From: Dehalococcoidia bacterium
Lineage (GTDB): Bacteria; Chloroflexota; Dehalococcoidia; GIF9; AB-539-J10
Length of the DNA stretch: 64,000 bases
Direction: 5' to 3'
NCBI GenBank assembly: GCA_030612025.1
Contig: JAUWOR010000008.1
Coordinates: 29,849 to 93,848, forward strand
Shown here piece by piece: positions 36,892 to 46,828 of this stretch. Position numbers and translations under genes: made by a program. How positions within the stretch are numbered: position 1 is the stretch's first letter; every line of letters starts with the position of its first letter. The notes below the pieces were generated by a model. That model worked only from the letters and a program-made list of their open reading frames with translations, was not told where the DNA came from and searched no databases.

Positions 36892-39441
36892 TTATAGCTG
36901 GGTTGCCGCTAGAGCGTGGTGGTAAAGTTGCTCGAAGGTCGTGGCTGTAGTGGAGCGAAAAACATTTTCCGGAACCTTTATATAGTGCCAGGATACTCCG
37001 GTGAGCGCTGTGGCATCCTGACACCATTTAGTAGCCCGAACATCTTTTCGAGCTACCTCTATATCCTCAAGTCCCTTGGTCTCTACCAAAAACATCTCGC
37101 CAGAGATAAGCCTGACTATGAAATCAGGATAGTAGTAGCGGACGCCACCCTGAGAACTTAAGTATTCAATAGCAAAGTGAGTAGCTTCAGTGTTTTTGGC
37201 AAAGGCAGCCACACCTAGGACGCCATCAAGAAAGGCAGCGAACTCAGCTTCGTAATGAGAATCACAGGCAACCAGGTTGAATATCGTCTTGTGCGCTGGA
37301 TATGTCTCTTTTGTCCAGGGGAAAGCATTGGTACCACTAAACTTGATGGGGTTTCCCTGAATATGTACGGGGTGTGACTCTATAGTTAGGTTATTTATGG
37401 CTTGAGCAAAGACAGTGATAATTATCTGCCGGGCGTCAGGTTCGCTGAGACGGCGCAATATGGCTGGACTATTTAGGTCAACCTCGTGTCCGAACAGAAT
37501 AGTACGGATATATTCTTTGACCAATGGCACCAGTTCAGCAAAGCGCCCTGGCATTCGTGCTTCCTTCAGAATCATCTGACTAAAATAAGCTATCACTCCT
37601 TCAGGCTGGTCTGGGAAGGGAATGAGTAAATCTTTTTCCTCCACTATTTCTCTAGTTAGCATGTGGCGACCGGTATAGTGAATAATGTCTTCTTTCACGA
37701 GATAACCGCTAGGTAAGCTAATAGTCCGTTTTGGTATCTTGTCTAAGTCAAGGGCTTTTAAGGCGGCTACCGAACGGCTGAGTACCGGGGAGAGCTGGGG
37801 AATCTCTATATCGAACTCAAGTTTTGTTGATTCTACAATAATAGTCTTAATATCAATGCGGACATTCTCCAGGCGGTCGCGCTCAATCTCAAGCCCCTCC
37901 TCCTTTATCTCTCTATCCCAGAAGTCACGAAAGGCATCATGCTCAACAACTATAACTCTCTCTTCAAAGCCTGAGCCTGGTCCAGTCATACGACGCAGAC
38001 CTCTGCCTAATGTCTGCTCAGGAAGGATGTTAGCTTTAGCAGTATAAGGACGCAGCGGGACAATAACCACCACATTTCTTACGTCCCAGCCTTCCCGCAG
38101 CATAAGGACACTTACAATAACCCGGTATGGATTCTGGTCACTGTCAACCTCACGGCTGGCTTGGCGAGCATCATCAAGTTCTTTCTTGGTAATCTCGCCC
38201 TTCTTATCGGTGTGGATAGTAAGTACGTGGTTACTCAAGTCTGGCAGTGTCTCTAAATAATCTCTAATATCGTCTGCTGACCTAGTATCCTCGGTCATAA
38301 CAAAAAGGACTGGTTTCTTGCCACTTTTCTGGAGGTCAGTCCAGTAGTCTCGCCATTTGGCAATGCCGGCGTCTATCCACTGGCGATAGCGTACCGAGGC
38401 GTCATTGCTGGGTATTTGCACTGGTCCGCCGATTTCACCCAGTATAGGCTGTTTAACAATGCCATCTTGAATAGCCTGTGATACAGGGTAATCAACTATT
38501 ATCTGGGGAAAGAGCTTTCCCTGTTGAGTCTTTGGTGTGGCCGAAAAGTCCAGTTGGGCAACTAACCCCGGTGCTCCCCGGCTCTGGAGTTGCTCGTGAA
38601 GATTTACAATGGTCTGATACCAGACCAGGTCTTCATCGTGAACATGGTGAGCTTCATCGTTAAGGAGCATCAGGTCAGAATGACGTAGAATGCGGTCAAT
38701 AAGCTCTCCGGCAGAGACTTTAATCTCAAGTTTTGGTTTAGGACCAAGCATTGCCTCAACCGGATTAGCTTCTTCTTTTGGCTCCCGCTCATAAAGGCGC
38801 TGGACATTGGTCAAGTAGAGTGTGCCAAGTGTGGTGGCTGGGGCTGGCTCATCTTGAAGAACAACTCGCATTTGCCAATCGGATGCCCACTCAGGCGGGA
38901 CAAGCGGGTCTTGGTCTTCCCGGAAAATCTTGCCGCCGGCAAAGTCCTGCTTTAGTCTTTCAAAGACAATAACATTGGGGGCGATGAGAAGAAAAGTCTT
39001 AGCTAAAGGCGAATTTGGCTCTTTAATACTATGGAAATATGACCAGACTATTGCTAGGCTCATTACTTTGGTCTTACCCGAACCGGTTGCCATCTTGAAG
39101 ACATAACGAGGAAAGCGGTCTGCGGCCGGGTCATAGTAAACACCCCCGCTACCGCCAAAATCCTGCATCAGTTTAGCAAAGGAGCGGGCTTGGACTACCT
39201 CGTAGCAATAGATAAGTGTTTCAGTGGCTTCACGCTGGCAGAAATAGTAGCCGAAGGGCTTGCCATCAGGGCTGCGATGGTCTTCAAAGAACCAGTAGGT
39301 TAGCAATCGGCGTGTGGTATCAGAGATGCCGGGATAGTCTTGGGCTCGCCATCCATCCACTACTTGCCGTAGCTTGGACACCAGGTAGGCGACGGTGGAA
39401 CGATGCTGAGTGGGTACAGCATACGGATTAAGCAGCTTCAC
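36892..39441 (-). CDS. res: type III restriction endonuclease Res subunit
   Basis: FKMATGSGKT, NDEAHH, SAT, L.EGWD, Q..GRGLR, C-terminal PDF...ETKG. Confidence 0.92.
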   Translation of the reverse strand: MKLLNPYAVPTQHRSTVAYLVSKLRQVVDGWRAQDYPGISDTTRRLLTYWFFEDHRSPDGKPFGYYFCQREATETLIYCYEVVQARSFAKLMQDFGGSGGVYYDPAADRFPRYVFKMATGSGKTKVMSLAIVWSYFHSIKEPNSPLAKTFLLIAPNVIVFERLKQDFAGGKIFREDQDPLVPPEWASDWQMRVVLQDEPAPATTLGTLYLTNVQRLYEREPKEEANPVEAMLGPKPKLEIKVSAGELIDRILRHSDLMLLNDEAHHVHDEDLVWYQTIVNLHEQLQSRGAPGLVAQLDFSATPKTQQGKLFPQIIVDYPVSQAIQDGIVKQPILGEIGGPVQIPSNDASVRYRQWIDAGIAKWRDYWTDLQKSGKKPVLFVMTEDTRSADDIRDYLETLPDLSNHVLTIHTDKKGEITKKELDDARQASREVDSDQNPYRVIVSVLMLREGWDVRNVVVIVPLRPYTAKANILPEQTLGRGLRRMTGPGSGFEERVIVVEHDAFRDFWDREIKEEGLEIERDRLENVRIDIKTIIVESTKLEFDIEIPQLSPVLSRSVAALKALDLDKIPKRTISLPSGYLVKEDIIHYTGRHMLTREIVEEKDLLIPFPDQPEGVIAYFSQMILKEARMPGRFAELVPLVKEYIRTILFGHEVDLNSPAILRRLSEPDARQIIITVFAQAINNLTIESHPVHIQGNPIKFSGTNAFPWTKETYPAHKTIFNLVACDSHYEAEFAAFLDGVLGVAAFAKNTEATHFAIEYLSSQGGVRYYYPDFIVRLISGEMFLVETKGLEDIEVARKDVRATKWCQDATALTGVSWHYIKVPENVFRSTTATTFEQLYHHALAATQL

Positions 39442-41435
39442 TGTACGTTAACCTCCAGTAGCTTGGTGGTGTCGTTGCCGAAGATGTCTACTATTTTTAC
39501 CAGGAGCTTATAGGTGCCGGGACTGAGATAGTTATGCCAGTCGCTTTCGGCAGCCAGCGTTGAGTGTTTTCGGGTGCGATATGACTGCCACTGGTTGTGA
39601 AAGGTGTCTTCTTTGAAGTCCCAGTCAACCGCCCAGTAGTCAACGTAATCTGACCATTTCTTGACTTTATCCCGCACCTCAAGGGGAACAAGCTCTAAGC
39701 TGGGGATAATGAAGTCCCTGAGAGCTATTTGAACCGCTGTTCCCTGCTGTCTGACCTCAGTTTCAACATAAGCCAGCTCATAGAAATGGACATCGCCAGC
39801 TTCCACCGCCCGCTTGTCCATGACCTCTCTGGGGATATTAAGCAGACGCAGGTCTATGCCTCGCCGCCTGGCTTCATTGCCAACCACATCGTGAAGCCCC
39901 ATCTCCCACTCCCAACCCAAAACATCCAGAGCCGTTAATCTGTTGGCTAAGCATTCTTCTAAAGCCTCTATGATTTCAGAGAGGGTAACCGGGGCATCGG
40001 TGGCGCCGACATGAACCATTCTGCCTGCCTTTCTGCCGTGAAGGTGGCTAAAACCGATGACCGGCTCAGCATGGTAGAGCCTAATGATAAAAGCCAGGTA
40101 TTCAAAGATAGCCTTCTGGCTGTCTTTCTGCCGACCACTTATGCCATTCATCTGCCAGTATTTTCGTTCATATTTACCCAGATTCAGGATTTCAAAAGGC
40201 TGGCAATCGGGAATGTCCAGCAAACGCTTTCTGCTAGTGTGAATGGCAAACCTGCCTAAATCGCAGCCGAGCCACCGCCTGCCCAGCTTCTCAGCCACCG
40301 CCAGTGTCGTCCCCGAGCCACAGAAGAAGTCGGCAATAATTCCGTTAGGCGGACATGCCATCTTGATAACTCTTCCTACCAATCCTTCGGGCTTCTGCGT
40401 TTCGAAATTCACCTTTTCTAAGCTGTGGGCACCAAGATATCGAACGCCCTCATCATCCCAGATGCTCTGAACCGGTTGATATTGGTGTTCATCAAGGTAC
40501 TGTTTATAGTGAACCGCTCCACCCCCTGTTATAACGATTAACCCACTTGCCCAAGCCTCATCTATTTTCTCCTGGCTCCAGCGCCAGTGCGTGCCCGGGG
40601 GAGGCACAATCATCTTATCCCCAAAGCGCCTGACAGGCCCAGCACCTTTTGCATTCATTGAAACGAGCCTATATCTACGACCATCAGCATCTTCATATTT
40701 GTAGAAGTCTTCAATGTATTCCTTGCGTAGCGGCACACCCGGTTGTTTGAAATAATAAGAGTCGCTCCGGGAATACCAAAGAATGTTATCATGAATCTGC
40801 CCACAGCCTTTGCGATCCCCATGAGCAGTTACCCTTCGCCATACAATTTCATTTACAAAGTTCTCCTTCCCAAAAATTTCATCCATCATCAGCTTCACAT
40901 AGTGCCCCACATGCCAATCCATGTGGACATAAATACTCCCGTTCTCCGCCAGTAGCTCTCGCATCAAGACCAGGCGCTCATACATCATCTGGAGATAGGA
41001 ATCAGTGCCTTTGCCCCAAGTATCGTTATAGGCTTTCTGCTCAATGATAGAGGGCTGTTTGACCAGCTCCTCGTCGCCTATCTTGACCCTGAAGCTGAAA
41101 TCATCGCCGGTATCAAAGGGTGGGTCAATATAGATAAGGTTAATCTTACCGGCAAAGCCTTCTTTCAGCAGAGAAGCCAGGACATACTTGTTATCACCCC
41201 AGATAAGCTTATTGCGCCAGACATCTTTATCAGCAGGTTTACCTTCAAAAAGAGGTAAGGGCGGCAAGCCTGCAAGTAGCGGCGTCTGCTCCCTGGTAGC
41301 CCGGGACTGATTTATGGTCTCAATGACCTGAAAGGGCAGCGGAACACGCTCTACTTGGGTGCGCTTGCCTTCCCAGACCAGCTCAGTTCCTGTGGCATTA
41401 ACCCTTAGTTTCTCGCTCTCGGTCATCCCTGCCAT
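39438..41435 (-). CDS. mod: type III R-M DNA methyltransferase Mod subunit
   Basis: N.LIWGDN, YIDPPF, TQKPE, ADFFCGSGTT; overlaps the res start. Confidence 0.92.
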   Translation of the reverse strand: MAGMTESEKLRVNATGTELVWEGKRTQVERVPLPFQVIETINQSRATREQTPLLAGLPPLPLFEGKPADKDVWRNKLIWGDNKYVLASLLKEGFAGKINLIYIDPPFDTGDDFSFRVKIGDEELVKQPSIIEQKAYNDTWGKGTDSYLQMMYERLVLMRELLAENGSIYVHMDWHVGHYVKLMMDEIFGKENFVNEIVWRRVTAHGDRKGCGQIHDNILWYSRSDSYYFKQPGVPLRKEYIEDFYKYEDADGRRYRLVSMNAKGAGPVRRFGDKMIVPPPGTHWRWSQEKIDEAWASGLIVITGGGAVHYKQYLDEHQYQPVQSIWDDEGVRYLGAHSLEKVNFETQKPEGLVGRVIKMACPPNGIIADFFCGSGTTLAVAEKLGRRWLGCDLGRFAIHTSRKRLLDIPDCQPFEILNLGKYERKYWQMNGISGRQKDSQKAIFEYLAFIIRLYHAEPVIGFSHLHGRKAGRMVHVGATDAPVTLSEIIEALEECLANRLTALDVLGWEWEMGLHDVVGNEARRRGIDLRLLNIPREVMDKRAVEAGDVHFYELAYVETEVRQQGTAVQIALRDFIIPSLELVPLEVRDKVKKWSDYVDYWAVDWDFKEDTFHNQWQSYRTRKHSTLAAESDWHNYLSPGTYKLLVKIVDIFGNDTTKLLEVNVQ

Positions 41436-41697
41436 ATTCTTACTATATGGCTTGGCTAAGGCTCTGTCAACATACCCGCTTCAGAACCACGGCACGGAGA
41501 TATGGTAGAATTACCTTGTGTCAGCCCTAAGTGAACAAACCGTCATAATGTTTACCAGACTGGCTTTAACTTGAACTTAGCTGTGTCGAGCCTTATTACA
41601 TATATACCGAAGACGCTTGATATTCCGTCTGGGGCAAGTTAGTAGAATATTTCGTGACTATATTGCTTACAAGTGAACTAAATTATAAAATAGGCTT

Positions 41698-43347
41698 GTG
41701 TCTGAGCAGAAAAGCAAGAATCCACAATTAAAGAAACCCAAATCAGAAGTACTCAAAGGGCATAAAAAGGTTGGGACCAAATATTTGCCCCCTCTTATGA
41801 CATATCTCAAGCTAGTGCCTATTAGTTGGGCTCATGATATGCTCCCAGAACTTCTATGGTTAGCTTTATTGAGCGACCAACTGGGGTATCGCGTAGCCAT
41901 ACAAAAAGCAATTCGACTTTCGGATATTATGAATACTATAGTACAGGAGCCAAGAAAGGGCGGGTTCAATTTGGCTTCTGACTTTAATAAAACACTTCAA
42001 AGTGAACGTGTTGAGGTCAAGTCCAAGATAGATGGTGGCCTAACAAACTCGTTGGACTCCTGTGTCGGATTAATAGCAAAGTTTTATCCAGAGTTGCCAA
42101 TGAAATGGCTGGTATCAGAAAAATGGATGAAGGAGACTAGTGTTGGATTGGATGGGCTTGAACAGATTAAGAATGCCATCAGGACACGCGTTGATAGAAC
42201 CAGCAAACTTGCAATGGAGTGTCAAGTATTAGCGTTTGTAATGGAAGGTAAAGCCGGCAAGTTGAAGGTTCATTCAGAGATTGCACATGATCTTAACCTA
42301 ATATCAGAATATCCCAATTCTGACGAAAGCCGTAGGATGGCTGCTCAAGTCAGGGCTGCCTTGAACGCTCTTCTTATGCACCGTAAGAAACCTCGCATTT
42401 GGCCAAACTATTTTTGGCGACACTCTTGGGAAATATCACTATGCGAATACCGTTCCAAAAATAAGGACTTTGAAAAGTCTTATCCAGATGTCAACGAGGC
42501 CGCGGAACCAGAGGCCGCGGTCATCCCAGCTGTTAATAAGAGTTTTGAATTTGGGCGGCAATTCGAAGATATGACTCAGACAGAACTACAAAACTTGTGG
42601 AATGATGCAAAAATTGATCTTGCTGATCCTACTAGGCACGATGTTATTATTGGCCTATTAGCGAGGAATTTACAGTTGGCATGCGATATTGTGCAAAACC
42701 CAGGTCTTTGGATTATGCCGATATCAGCTATTCTTGTAAGGTGTATGATTGAAACACAGATTAGGCTGACGTGGCTTATTAAATGTGGGAATGATATGGA
42801 CTTCAAGGATTATGTAGAGTATGGGCTTGGGCAAGAAAAGTTATATGTAGAACATTTGAAGCGCCTGTCACTTGAAGATCGCCTTGACAAACAAGAAATC
42901 ACCGAAGATATTGAAGGGCGGGAGAAGTGGATAAATGCGCAGCGATTTACCTTTCTGTTACCTGTTGATGTTGGTGGGGGTAACAAAGGCAAGAACCTTC
43001 GCGTTATGGCAGAGGAAGCTGGCATACTTGACCTGCATAGACTAGGATATAGCCCACTATCATCGGCTGTGCACGGGCATTGGAATACTATCGCACGATT
43101 GAACTTAACTCCTTGTTTAAATCCATTACATGGTCAACACTGGCTTCCAACTCTACCGCAACGTCCAATTAGTTTATTTTTCGTTTTTGATGCGGTTAAT
43201 TGTTACTCCGCGTGCTTTGAGCTGGTAAGCCTAGCACTTACAGGTAAAAAGAAGGAAAGCGAAGCAGTACTAAGCTATTTAAAGCGAATGCGGGAAGTAT
43301 TTAATTCTCCTCCTGAGCGTAGTGGAGGAAGTGATAGTACCAATTAG
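41698..43347 (+). CDS. DUF5677-like protein with uncharacterised N-terminal half
   Basis: C-terminal L.R...E......WL and Y..LS..VHG motifs. Confidence 0.65.
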   Translation: MSEQKSKNPQLKKPKSEVLKGHKKVGTKYLPPLMTYLKLVPISWAHDMLPELLWLALLSDQLGYRVAIQKAIRLSDIMNTIVQEPRKGGFNLASDFNKTLQSERVEVKSKIDGGLTNSLDSCVGLIAKFYPELPMKWLVSEKWMKETSVGLDGLEQIKNAIRTRVDRTSKLAMECQVLAFVMEGKAGKLKVHSEIAHDLNLISEYPNSDESRRMAAQVRAALNALLMHRKKPRIWPNYFWRHSWEISLCEYRSKNKDFEKSYPDVNEAAEPEAAVIPAVNKSFEFGRQFEDMTQTELQNLWNDAKIDLADPTRHDVIIGLLARNLQLACDIVQNPGLWIMPISAILVRCMIETQIRLTWLIKCGNDMDFKDYVEYGLGQEKLYVEHLKRLSLEDRLDKQEITEDIEGREKWINAQRFTFLLPVDVGGGNKGKNLRVMAEEAGILDLHRLGYSPLSSAVHGHWNTIARLNLTPCLNPLHGQHWLPTLPQRPISLFFVFDAVNCYSACFELVSLALTGKKKESEAVLSYLKRMREVFNSPPERSGGSDSTN

Positions 43348-43452
43348 CCAAAATGTGTCCTCAATTATCTATAGTGCCATGTTCGCTATCTACATCGCTA
43401 TGATACAATTATAAAAAGGGGCTGCGAGAGTAATTCTCGCAGGAGGTGGACT

Positions 43453-43704
43453 ATCACAGTTAGGGACAGCATACCGTGCCCAGCCTTGGGTTGTGGAAAG
43501 AGTTTTAGCTCTTTTCTGAACCTTGCAAGACACATGACCATGACTGGCAGGCCTAGTGCTACACGTTCCAGTAGCGAAGAAATCAATTGGTTAGAAGATC
43601 ATCTCGGCGAGGACTTCGTTGAGTTTGGATGGAAGTCTGACAAGAAAATAGCCATTGCTTTGAGAAGGCTATGGAAAGCCAACGACAACAGGTGGCCGCA
43701 GTAA
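43453..43704 (+). CDS. small C2H2-zinc-finger-like protein (ATC at expected start; possibly pseudogene)
   Basis: AGGAGGTG SD then ATC; CPALGCGKSFSSFLNLARHM. Confidence 0.5.
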   Translation: MTVRDSIPCPALGCGKSFSSFLNLARHMTMTGRPSATRSSSEEINWLEDHLGEDFVEFGWKSDKKIAIALRRLWKANDNRWPQ

Positions 43705-43792
43705 TACTTAACTTGGTTAAGAGCAACAATCCATCGGAATGTTTTTTGGTGCTTGAAGCGTGCTACGGGGAGTAGCCCGATAGATCCTTAGC

Positions 43793-44677
43793 TTACCATA
43801 GCATAGCCACGTAGCTACTCAGAGGCACCCCGAGCGAATCTGCTACAGGTTTACACTTCGCCATAAGGCAATAGAAAAACTTCCCTTGTTTGGGAAGCTC
43901 ACTCAAGGCTTCATAATGACCCATCCCTTTAGCAAATATCAGGTCGGCTGATTCAAACTCCTGCTTGAACTGAGTTGAGGCCAAGGTAAAAATTATTCCC
44001 GGCGAGGCTACACCAGTAGTTATGACCCTCCCAAAGTCATTTTCCAAGCCAGCATTGCTAATATCCTCCAGAGTAGCATCATTCTGAACCGGTAAGGGCT
44101 TAACTACGTAGATAACATCAGCAAATTGCCTCATCTTTTTGACTAAAGGCAAGTCGAAGTAAATTTCACCAGCATTATCAGCCAAATATAAAATTTTGCT
44201 TGCCTTTCTTAACCTCGCTTCAAATCGTTGTGAGTCATCTATGGCGAAGTTTACCGGTTTCCTTATATCGTCCTTGATGATGCTCGGCTGTCTGAAGAAA
44301 TCTATGGCATTCGCTGCAGCGGCGAGTTTAAGACAACCCTCAAAATCATCCTTATAGAGATTGCTTCGCTTCCTGCCACGCCTTCGGCTCGCAGCTTCGG
44401 CTCGCAATGACAGCTCAGGGTATAATTCCCTAGCAATTGCCATCTCCTTCTCTTTCATCCTCCGATAAGGGTCAGGATTGTGGGTTATTTCCTTTATCAC
44501 CTGATGAATCTTAGTAGCAATCACAATAGATATCTGGTCATAGGAAAATTCATCATCCAGAATTCTCAGAGCTTCTTCTATTGCCTTCTGTTTAAGCAAG
44601 TTATTATCAGTTGCTAAAGTAGCAGCTTGATGAATTAACCTTTGCAAACACTGATAGCATTCCAGTGAAATTTTCAC
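43793..44677 (-). CDS. ARMT1-like/DUF89 damage-control phosphatase
   Basis: C..C, DPY...K, N.ID, YLADNAGE..FD, P..NDAT, AKGMG.YE. Confidence 0.92.
   Translation of the reverse strand: MKISLECYQCLQRLIHQAATLATDNNLLKQKAIEEALRILDDEFSYDQISIVIATKIHQVIKEITHNPDPYRRMKEKEMAIARELYPELSLRAEAASRRRGRKRSNLYKDDFEGCLKLAAAANAIDFFRQPSIIKDDIRKPVNFAIDDSQRFEARLRKASKILYLADNAGEIYFDLPLVKKMRQFADVIYVVKPLPVQNDATLEDISNAGLENDFGRVITTGVASPGIIFTLASTQFKQEFESADLIFAKGMGHYEALSELPKQGKFFYCLMAKCKPVADSLGVPLSSYVAMLW
44357..44413. repeat. REP-like element in frame within DUF89 CDS
   Basis: 57 bp, encodes LSLRAEAASRRRGRKRSNL. Confidence 0.8.
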
Positions 44678-44706
44678 TTCACCTCCTGGTTCAAAAAGAA
44701 AGCCTA

Positions 44707-44807
44707 AGATTCTTCACCATCGTTCAGTCACCTTTTCCTTGTCATTCTGACAAACTGAAGCAGAATGAAGGGCATCAGAGATTCTTCGCCTACGGCTCAG
44801 AATGACA
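44707..44807. repeat. REP-like palindromic element
   Basis: TGTCATTCTGA...AGATTCTTCG...TCAGAATGACA. Confidence 0.75.
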
Positions 44808-44897
44808 GAGAATAAGGTTATCAAACACTCCCCTTAAATTTGAGTGACCTGCACTACTATATTATAATAACTGAAAAACAACCAGTGGGTGTGGGCT

Positions 44898-45968
44898 ATG
44901 CTTGATAAATTGGAATTAATACAGAAGCGCTATGAAGAGCTAACTCGGCTGATAGCTCAACCCGAAATAGCCACTGAACCAAAGCAAGTACAGGAGCTAA
45001 CCAGAGAGAGAGCTAGCCTCGAAGACATCGTCAACACATACCAAGAATACAAGGCTAACTCTAAAGAGTTAGCCGAAATGGTGGCTTTGCGCGACAGCAC
45101 TACAGAGGAAGACTTGATAGCTCTCATTAAGGAGGAAACGAGCAAGCTTAAACAACACCAGGATGATCTCCTTCGCCAACTCAAACTCTCTTTACTGCCC
45201 AAAGACCAGCTAGCTAATAAAGATGTCATCATTGAAATAAGAGCTGGTGCTGGTGGTGAAGAGGCAAGCCTTTTTGCTGCCGACCTATTCCGTATGTATA
45301 GCCGCTATGCCCAAAATAAAGGCTGGGAAGTAAACATTATCAATAGCAACCAGAGTGAAATCGGAGGCTTCAAGGAAGTAATATTTGAGGTTAAAGGTAA
45401 AGGCGCCTTTAGTCAATTAAAGTACGAGCGTGGCGTTCACCGAGTGCAAAGAGTGCCTCTCACTGAGGCTTCTGGACGAATACACACCTCCACAACCACT
45501 GTAGCTGTTCTACCCGAAGCAGAAGAAATTGAGCTGAACATCAACCCAGATGACCTCAAAATGCAATTCTTCCACAGCCATGGCGCTGGAGGACAGAATG
45601 TAAACAAAGTAACTACAGCAGTTCGCATTACGCATCTGCCCAGCGGCATAGTAGCTACTTGTCAAGATGAGCGCTCCCAAGTAAGAAACAGAATGAAAGC
45701 CATGGCAGTACTCCGAGCCAGGCTATTTGACTTAAGACAGCGCAAGCAATCTGAAGAGATAGATAGACAACGAAGAACTCAAGTAGGCAGTGGCCAGCGG
45801 GCAGAGAAAATACGCACCTATAACTTCCCACAAGAGCGTGTTACCGACCACCGCATCAATTCAACTTTCCACAATCTGAGCCAGATTTTGGACGGAGAAC
45901 TCGATGAAATCATCGAAGCTCTGTCTGCTAAAGAGCAAGTTGAACAATTAGAAGCAGTCCTTTCATGA
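44898..45968 (+). CDS. prfA: peptide chain release factor 1
   Basis: EIRAGAGGEEA, GVHRVQRVPLTE (PxT), GGQ, IRTYNFPQ. Confidence 0.97.
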   Translation: MLDKLELIQKRYEELTRLIAQPEIATEPKQVQELTRERASLEDIVNTYQEYKANSKELAEMVALRDSTTEEDLIALIKEETSKLKQHQDDLLRQLKLSLLPKDQLANKDVIIEIRAGAGGEEASLFAADLFRMYSRYAQNKGWEVNIINSNQSEIGGFKEVIFEVKGKGAFSQLKYERGVHRVQRVPLTEASGRIHTSTTTVAVLPEAEEIELNINPDDLKMQFFHSHGAGGQNVNKVTTAVRITHLPSGIVATCQDERSQVRNRMKAMAVLRARLFDLRQRKQSEEIDRQRRTQVGSGQRAEKIRTYNFPQERVTDHRINSTFHNLSQILDGELDEIIEALSAKEQVEQLEAVLS

Positions 45969-46816
45969 CTTCAAGCGAAACTTTATATTTAGCTGGCCAC
46001 ATATTATCTACGGCAAGAATTGACGATGCTTCTATCGAGGCTGAACTTTTACTATGCCATGTCCTGGGAATAGCAAAAACGCAGCTATATAGTGAACCAG
46101 CGCGGCTATTAACCTTGGCAGAAATAAATCACTTATGGCATCTCCTTCAGCGTCGTCTTCTCCACGAGCCCACCGCTTACATCTTAAAGTGTTGCCAATT
46201 CTATGGCATCAACTTTTACATTGACAATCGTGTTTCTATCCCCAGGCCAGAGACAGAGCTTTTAGTGGAAAAGGCTGTTGAGTTTGCTAAACAACGCTTC
46301 CCCCTAGGAAACCCTATCATAGCTGACATTGGCACCGGCAGCGGGAATATCGCTATCAGCCTTGCCTTGGCACTTCCTAAAGCTAAAATCTATGCTACAG
46401 ACATTTCAGCTTCAGCTCTCGAGGTAGCTGGTATGAATTGCCAGCATCATAAGCTTGACAGCCAAGTAGAACTTCTCCAAGGCAATTTGCTTGAACCATT
46501 ACCCCAACCTGTAAATGTCATAGTGGCTAACCTTCCTTACATCAAGGATTCTGAACTGAAGGCACTAAGTCTAGAAATAATAAATTTCGAGCCAATAATA
46601 GCTTTAGCCGGTGGCGAGGATGGCCTGGATAAGATACGCTGCCTTTTAGCTCAAATTCCAGGGGAAATTTGCCCTGAGGGAAGCCTGTTCCTAGAGGTAG
46701 GTCAAGCCCAAGACAAAGTAGTAAGCTCGATTATAAATGATTATTTCCCCCAAGCCAGTATTGAGTTAATTCCTGACTTAAGCGGTATTAACAGGGTAGT
46801 AAAGGTTATACTATAA
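45965..46816 (+). CDS. prmC: release factor glutamine methyltransferase
   Basis: EP.AYI, IPRPETE, DIGTGSG, ANLPY; follows prfA. Confidence 0.95.
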   Translation: MTSSETLYLAGHILSTARIDDASIEAELLLCHVLGIAKTQLYSEPARLLTLAEINHLWHLLQRRLLHEPTAYILKCCQFYGINFYIDNRVSIPRPETELLVEKAVEFAKQRFPLGNPIIADIGTGSGNIAISLALALPKAKIYATDISASALEVAGMNCQHHKLDSQVELLQGNLLEPLPQPVNVIVANLPYIKDSELKALSLEIINFEPIIALAGGEDGLDKIRCLLAQIPGEICPEGSLFLEVGQAQDKVVSSIINDYFPQASIELIPDLSGINRVVKVIL

Positions 46817-46828
46817 AAGACTGAGGAT

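Noticed and set aside
36755-36900. CCGCACGGGC partial match to the 25-bp repeat and a GGCTAAC...GTTATAG attC-like pair
   Set aside because: Only ~10 bp identity and no inner inverted repeat; may be chance
39438-41435. Phase-variable mod gene
   Set aside because: No simple sequence repeat tract seen in the ORF or promoter
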